The notes under the pieces: generated by a model
Seen by the model: the letters and a program-made list of their open reading frames with translations, nothing else
What the model was told of the DNA's origin: nothing
The model's database searches: none
Made by a program: the position numbers and the translations under genes
Shown here: positions 60,984-64,000 of the stretch, in pieces
How the letters are laid out: each line of letters begins with the position of its first letter
Position numbering within the stretch: position 1 is the stretch's first letter
Source: an uncultured Candidatus Binatia bacterium
GTDB lineage: Bacteria > Desulfobacterota > Binatia > UBA9968 > JAJDTQ01
Direction: 5' to 3'
Assembly: GCA_965215605.1 (NCBI GenBank)
Contig: OZ244070.1
Location: 2,368,001-2,432,000, forward strand
Length of the DNA: 64,000 nt

Positions 60984-62581
60984 GGGACGACGGCGCGGCA
61001 CATTCCGCTTGGGTGGATGCCAGCATTGGTGAGTTGGTTGCGTCTGATGGACTCTTCACCGACGGCGATTGGGTGGAGACCAAGGATCAGGATCCCAACG
61101 GGACCGTTCGACTCATCCAATTGGCGGACATCGGGGACGGGAATTTCCTCGACAAATCCGCCCGGTTTCTAACCAGAGCTAAAGCCCATGCTCTGAATTG
61201 TACGTTCCTGGCTAAGGGAGATCTACTCATCGCACGATTGGCGGAGCCGCTCGGGCGTTGCTGCATCTTCCCTCTGAATGGAGAGGAGGAGTACGTAACG
61301 GTAGTTGACGTGTGCGTGGTCCGTCTAGGTACTTCGGTGATCGACCCCAAATACGTCATGTACGCCATCAATAGTGCTCGCACTCGAACCGACATTGAAG
61401 CGCATAGCTCCGGGTCAACACGAAAAAGAGTTTCTCGCAGGAATCTTGCTAGAGTAACCGTTCCACTTGCCCCCCGCTACGAGCAGTGCCGCATCGTCGC
61501 CAAGATCGAAGAACTCTTCTCGGAACTCGACAAGGGCATCGAGAGCCTGAAGACGGCGCGCCGGCAGCTTGAAGTCTATCGACAAGCTGTCCTGAAGCAC
61601 GCCTTCGAAGGCAAGCTCACGGCGCAATGGCGCGAAGAGAACAAGGATAAGCTCGAGACGCCCGAGGAATTGTTGATCCACATCAAGCGGGAGCGCGAAG
61701 CACGGCACGGTCAACAACTCACCGATTGGAAGACCGCACTTCGACGGTGGGAAGCCAATGGGAAGGAGGGAAAGAAGCCAAACAAACCGAGAGGCGTAAA
61801 ACAGGTGCCAGCGTTTGCAGAAGAAGAGATGGGACTATTGGAAAAACTACCCAGTAGTTGGCAATGGCTATCCGCCGAGGTTGTAGGCGCCATTCAACTC
61901 GGTCGTCAGCGATCTCCAAGGAACAGGTCAAAGAGTTACCCAACAAAATATATTCGAGCAGCAAATATCACGGAGCAGGGGTTGGAGTTGGACGACGTCC
62001 TCGATATGGAATTTGCTCCCCACGAATTGAACACTTATCGACTGGAAAAGAGGGATTTGGTGCTGTCCGAAGCATCAGGAAGCGCAGCGCAGGTCGGTAA
62101 ACCGGCGATTTGGGACGGTCAGATTCCGAATTGCTGTTTCCAAAATACAGTGATCCGACACCGACCCTATTGCGGAGAGCATGCGGCCTATCTCCTGTGG
62201 CTCTACCGCTTTTATTACTTGAGTGGGAAATTTGCGCGAGTCGCGGGCGGTGTTGGGATCAATCACCTGAGTGCAAACAAGTTTGCCCAGCTTGCCCTAC
62301 CTATTTGTTCCCCCCTTGAACAGCATGAAGTCGTTCTGTTGTTGGAGGACAAGTTCAAGTTCCTTCAGGAGAGCGAGCGAGAGATCATCGCTGCCTTGGA
62401 GCGAGCGGTGTCGCTACGTCAGTCCATCTTGAATGAAGCCTTTGCAGGTCGACTCGTCCCGCAGGATCCCAACGATGAGCCTGCTTCTGTGTTGCTCGAA
62501 CGAATCAAGGCTGACAAAGCGGCATGCTCCAGCCACACCATTACTTCAGAAAAACGTAGACGGGCCAAGACAATGTCATGA
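60980..62581 (+). CDS. hsdS: Type I restriction-modification specificity subunit
   Basis: Two TRDs, EQCRIVAKIEELFSELD, RQAVLKHAFEGKLT, RQSILNEAFAGRLVPQDPNDEPASVLLERIK. Confidence 0.93.
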   Translation: MRDDGAAHSAWVDASIGELVASDGLFTDGDWVETKDQDPNGTVRLIQLADIGDGNFLDKSARFLTRAKAHALNCTFLAKGDLLIARLAEPLGRCCIFPLNGEEEYVTVVDVCVVRLGTSVIDPKYVMYAINSARTRTDIEAHSSGSTRKRVSRRNLARVTVPLAPRYEQCRIVAKIEELFSELDKGIESLKTARRQLEVYRQAVLKHAFEGKLTAQWREENKDKLETPEELLIHIKREREARHGQQLTDWKTALRRWEANGKEGKKPNKPRGVKQVPAFAEEEMGLLEKLPSSWQWLSAEVVGAIQLGRQRSPRNRSKSYPTKYIRAANITEQGLELDDVLDMEFAPHELNTYRLEKRDLVLSEASGSAAQVGKPAIWDGQIPNCCFQNTVIRHRPYCGEHAAYLLWLYRFYYLSGKFARVAGGVGINHLSANKFAQLALPICSPLEQHEVVLLLEDKFKFLQESEREIIAALERAVSLRQSILNEAFAGRLVPQDPNDEPASVLLERIKADKAACSSHTITSEKRRRAKTMS

Positions 62582-64000
62582 CCGGTAAGCTTCCCATCAA
62601 CCTCCACGATCTGCTGCGCCAGCGCACCATCGAGGGCGAGCGCGTTGAGTACAAGGCCGGTTGGAATCCGAGGGCCGTGCTGCACACCATCTGCGCCTTC
62701 GCCAACGACTTTCACAATCTGGGCGGCGGTTACGTGGTAGTGGGAGTCGAGGAACGGAACGGCCGTCCGGTCCTGCCGCCCACGGGCATTAATCCCGATT
62801 CGGTTGACGCGATACAGAGGGAATTGCTGAATCTCGGACACTCGGCCATACAGCCTCAGTACCACCCGCTTACGGCCACTTATGAAGTCGATGGCCGGAC
62901 CATCCTCGTACTGTGGGCGCCCGGCGGCGAGAGTCGGCCCTACAAGGCCCGGCTCGGCCTGACGCCGAAACGGCAGGAGTGGGGCTATTTCATCCGCAGG
63001 CACAGCAGCACGGTCCGGGCCAAGGGCCAGGACGAGCGCGAGTTGCTGAGCCTGACCGCCACCGTGCCCTTCGATGATCGATATCGCCAAACGGCTTCGC
63101 TGGATGACCTGTCCCATCGGCTGATCCGGGAGTTTTTGCGGGACATAGGCAGCGACCTCGCTTCTGAAGCCGCCGGTCTGTCGGTGGCGGCCCTGGGTCA
63201 GCGCATGAACCTTGTCGGCGGACCGCCCGAAGCGATGTTCCCCAAGAACGTCGGCTTGCTGTTTTTCAACGACCGCCCCCACGACTTCTTCCCCGCAACC
63301 CAGATCGACGTCGTGTGGTTCCCGGACGGCCCGGGTGGGGACCGATTCGAGGAAAAGGAGTTCCGCGGCCCTCTGTCGATCATCCTCGGCGAGGCGATCG
63401 GTTACATCGAGCGGAACTACCTGAAGGAAACGGTCGTCAAGCATCCGCACAAGCCGGAAGCCGAGCGATTCTGGAACTTTCCCATCGGCGCAATCGAGGA
63501 AGCGCTGGTCAACGCCGTCTACCATCGCTCTTACGAAGAGCGGGAGCCGGTGGAGGTGCGCATCACCCCGGACGAGTTGGTGGTCTTGAGCTTTCCCGGC
63601 GCCGACCGATCCATCCGCATGGAGGACTTCGAGAAGGGGCAAGCCGTGAGCCGCCGCTACCGCAACCGCCGAATCGGCGAGTTTCTCAAGGAACTCGATC
63701 TGGCCGAAGGCAGGTCCACCGGAGTGCCCAAGATCCTGCGGGCCATGCGGGGAAACGGCTCTCCGGCCCCAGTCTTCGAGAGCGACGACGACCGCACGTG
63801 GTTTCTGGTCCGTCTTCCGGTGCACGAACGGGTGCGCCCGGAGCCCACCGAACAAGATGCCCCTCAACTCACCGAACAAGTCACCGGGCAAGTCACCGGG
63901 CAAGTCACCGGGCAAGTCAAGCAACTCGTGGTGGCCCTCACGGAAGAGATGAGCCGCGCCGAATTGCAGGCGGCGTTGAGCTTGACTCACCGGGACTACT
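62578..64000 (+). CDS. Schlafen/AlbA_2 + HATPase_c_4 (RecG-C-like) + HTH protein, truncated by window end
   Basis: Manual translation MTGKLPINLHDLLRQRTIEGERVEYKAGWNP..ICAFAN..GGGYVVVGV; EEALVNAVYHRSY, YRNRRIGEFLKEL..EGRSTG. Confidence 0.88.
   Translation, partial: MTGKLPINLHDLLRQRTIEGERVEYKAGWNPRAVLHTICAFANDFHNLGGGYVVVGVEERNGRPVLPPTGINPDSVDAIQRELLNLGHSAIQPQYHPLTATYEVDGRTILVLWAPGGESRPYKARLGLTPKRQEWGYFIRRHSSTVRAKGQDERELLSLTATVPFDDRYRQTASLDDLSHRLIREFLRDIGSDLASEAAGLSVAALGQRMNLVGGPPEAMFPKNVGLLFFNDRPHDFFPATQIDVVWFPDGPGGDRFEEKEFRGPLSIILGEAIGYIERNYLKETVVKHPHKPEAERFWNFPIGAIEEALVNAVYHRSYEEREPVEVRITPDELVVLSFPGADRSIRMEDFEKGQAVSRRYRNRRIGEFLKELDLAEGRSTGVPKILRAMRGNGSPAPVFESDDDRTWFLVRLPVHERVRPEPTEQDAPQLTEQVTGQVTGQVTGQVKQLVVALTEEMSRAELQAALSLTHRDY
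63877..63918 (+). repeat. 12-bp tandem repeat CAAGTCACCGGG x3.5 (QVTG)n
   Basis: Copies at 63877, 63889, 63901 and a partial copy at 63913, in frame in the linker. Confidence 0.95.

Noticed and set aside
54858-64000. Integrase-bearing prophage/ICE at the tRNA
   Set aside because: No integrase, phage or conjugation gene and no att duplicate in the window; island status rests on gene content only

Overview
High-GC bacterial chromosome segment. The gene order tilS-ftsH-folP-glmM-pdxJ-nnr-tsaE-lysC-cimA resembles deltaproteobacterial lineages, but that is inference only. A housekeeping backbone (fabH/fabF, tatA/tatC, biotin-dependent carboxylase, bioB, rpoZ, tilS through purN, ABC exporter pair) is interrupted by three accessory patches. 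(1) About 17.9-23.7 kb: a frameshifted HicB-like gene, an AbiE-type type IV TA pair, a fused arsR/permease relic and a Rieske dioxygenase cluster. (2) About 42.3-46.7 kb: an antitoxin with a truncated VapC, a cytosine methyltransferase relic hit by a complete IS3-family element, and an AAA-DUF4143 ATPase. (3) About 52.8-64 kb: a VapBC45-like pair, a Mut7-C RNase, an IS fragment fused to an atypical 83-nt tRNA-Asn(GTT), and one tightly coupled operon (Xre antitoxin, RES toxin, unknown membrane/helical protein, HsdR, HsdS, Schlafen/AlbA-ATPase) that runs off the window. The best novelty candidates are a free-standing promoter-SD-11-codon ORF-hairpin-terminator unit at 9059-9250, the tRNA-Asn with an extra variable arm among RNase/toxin genes, and the TA + membrane protein + type I RM + Schlafen defence operon. 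No CRISPR array or rRNA was seen. All family calls come from motif recognition by eye; no database searches were run.
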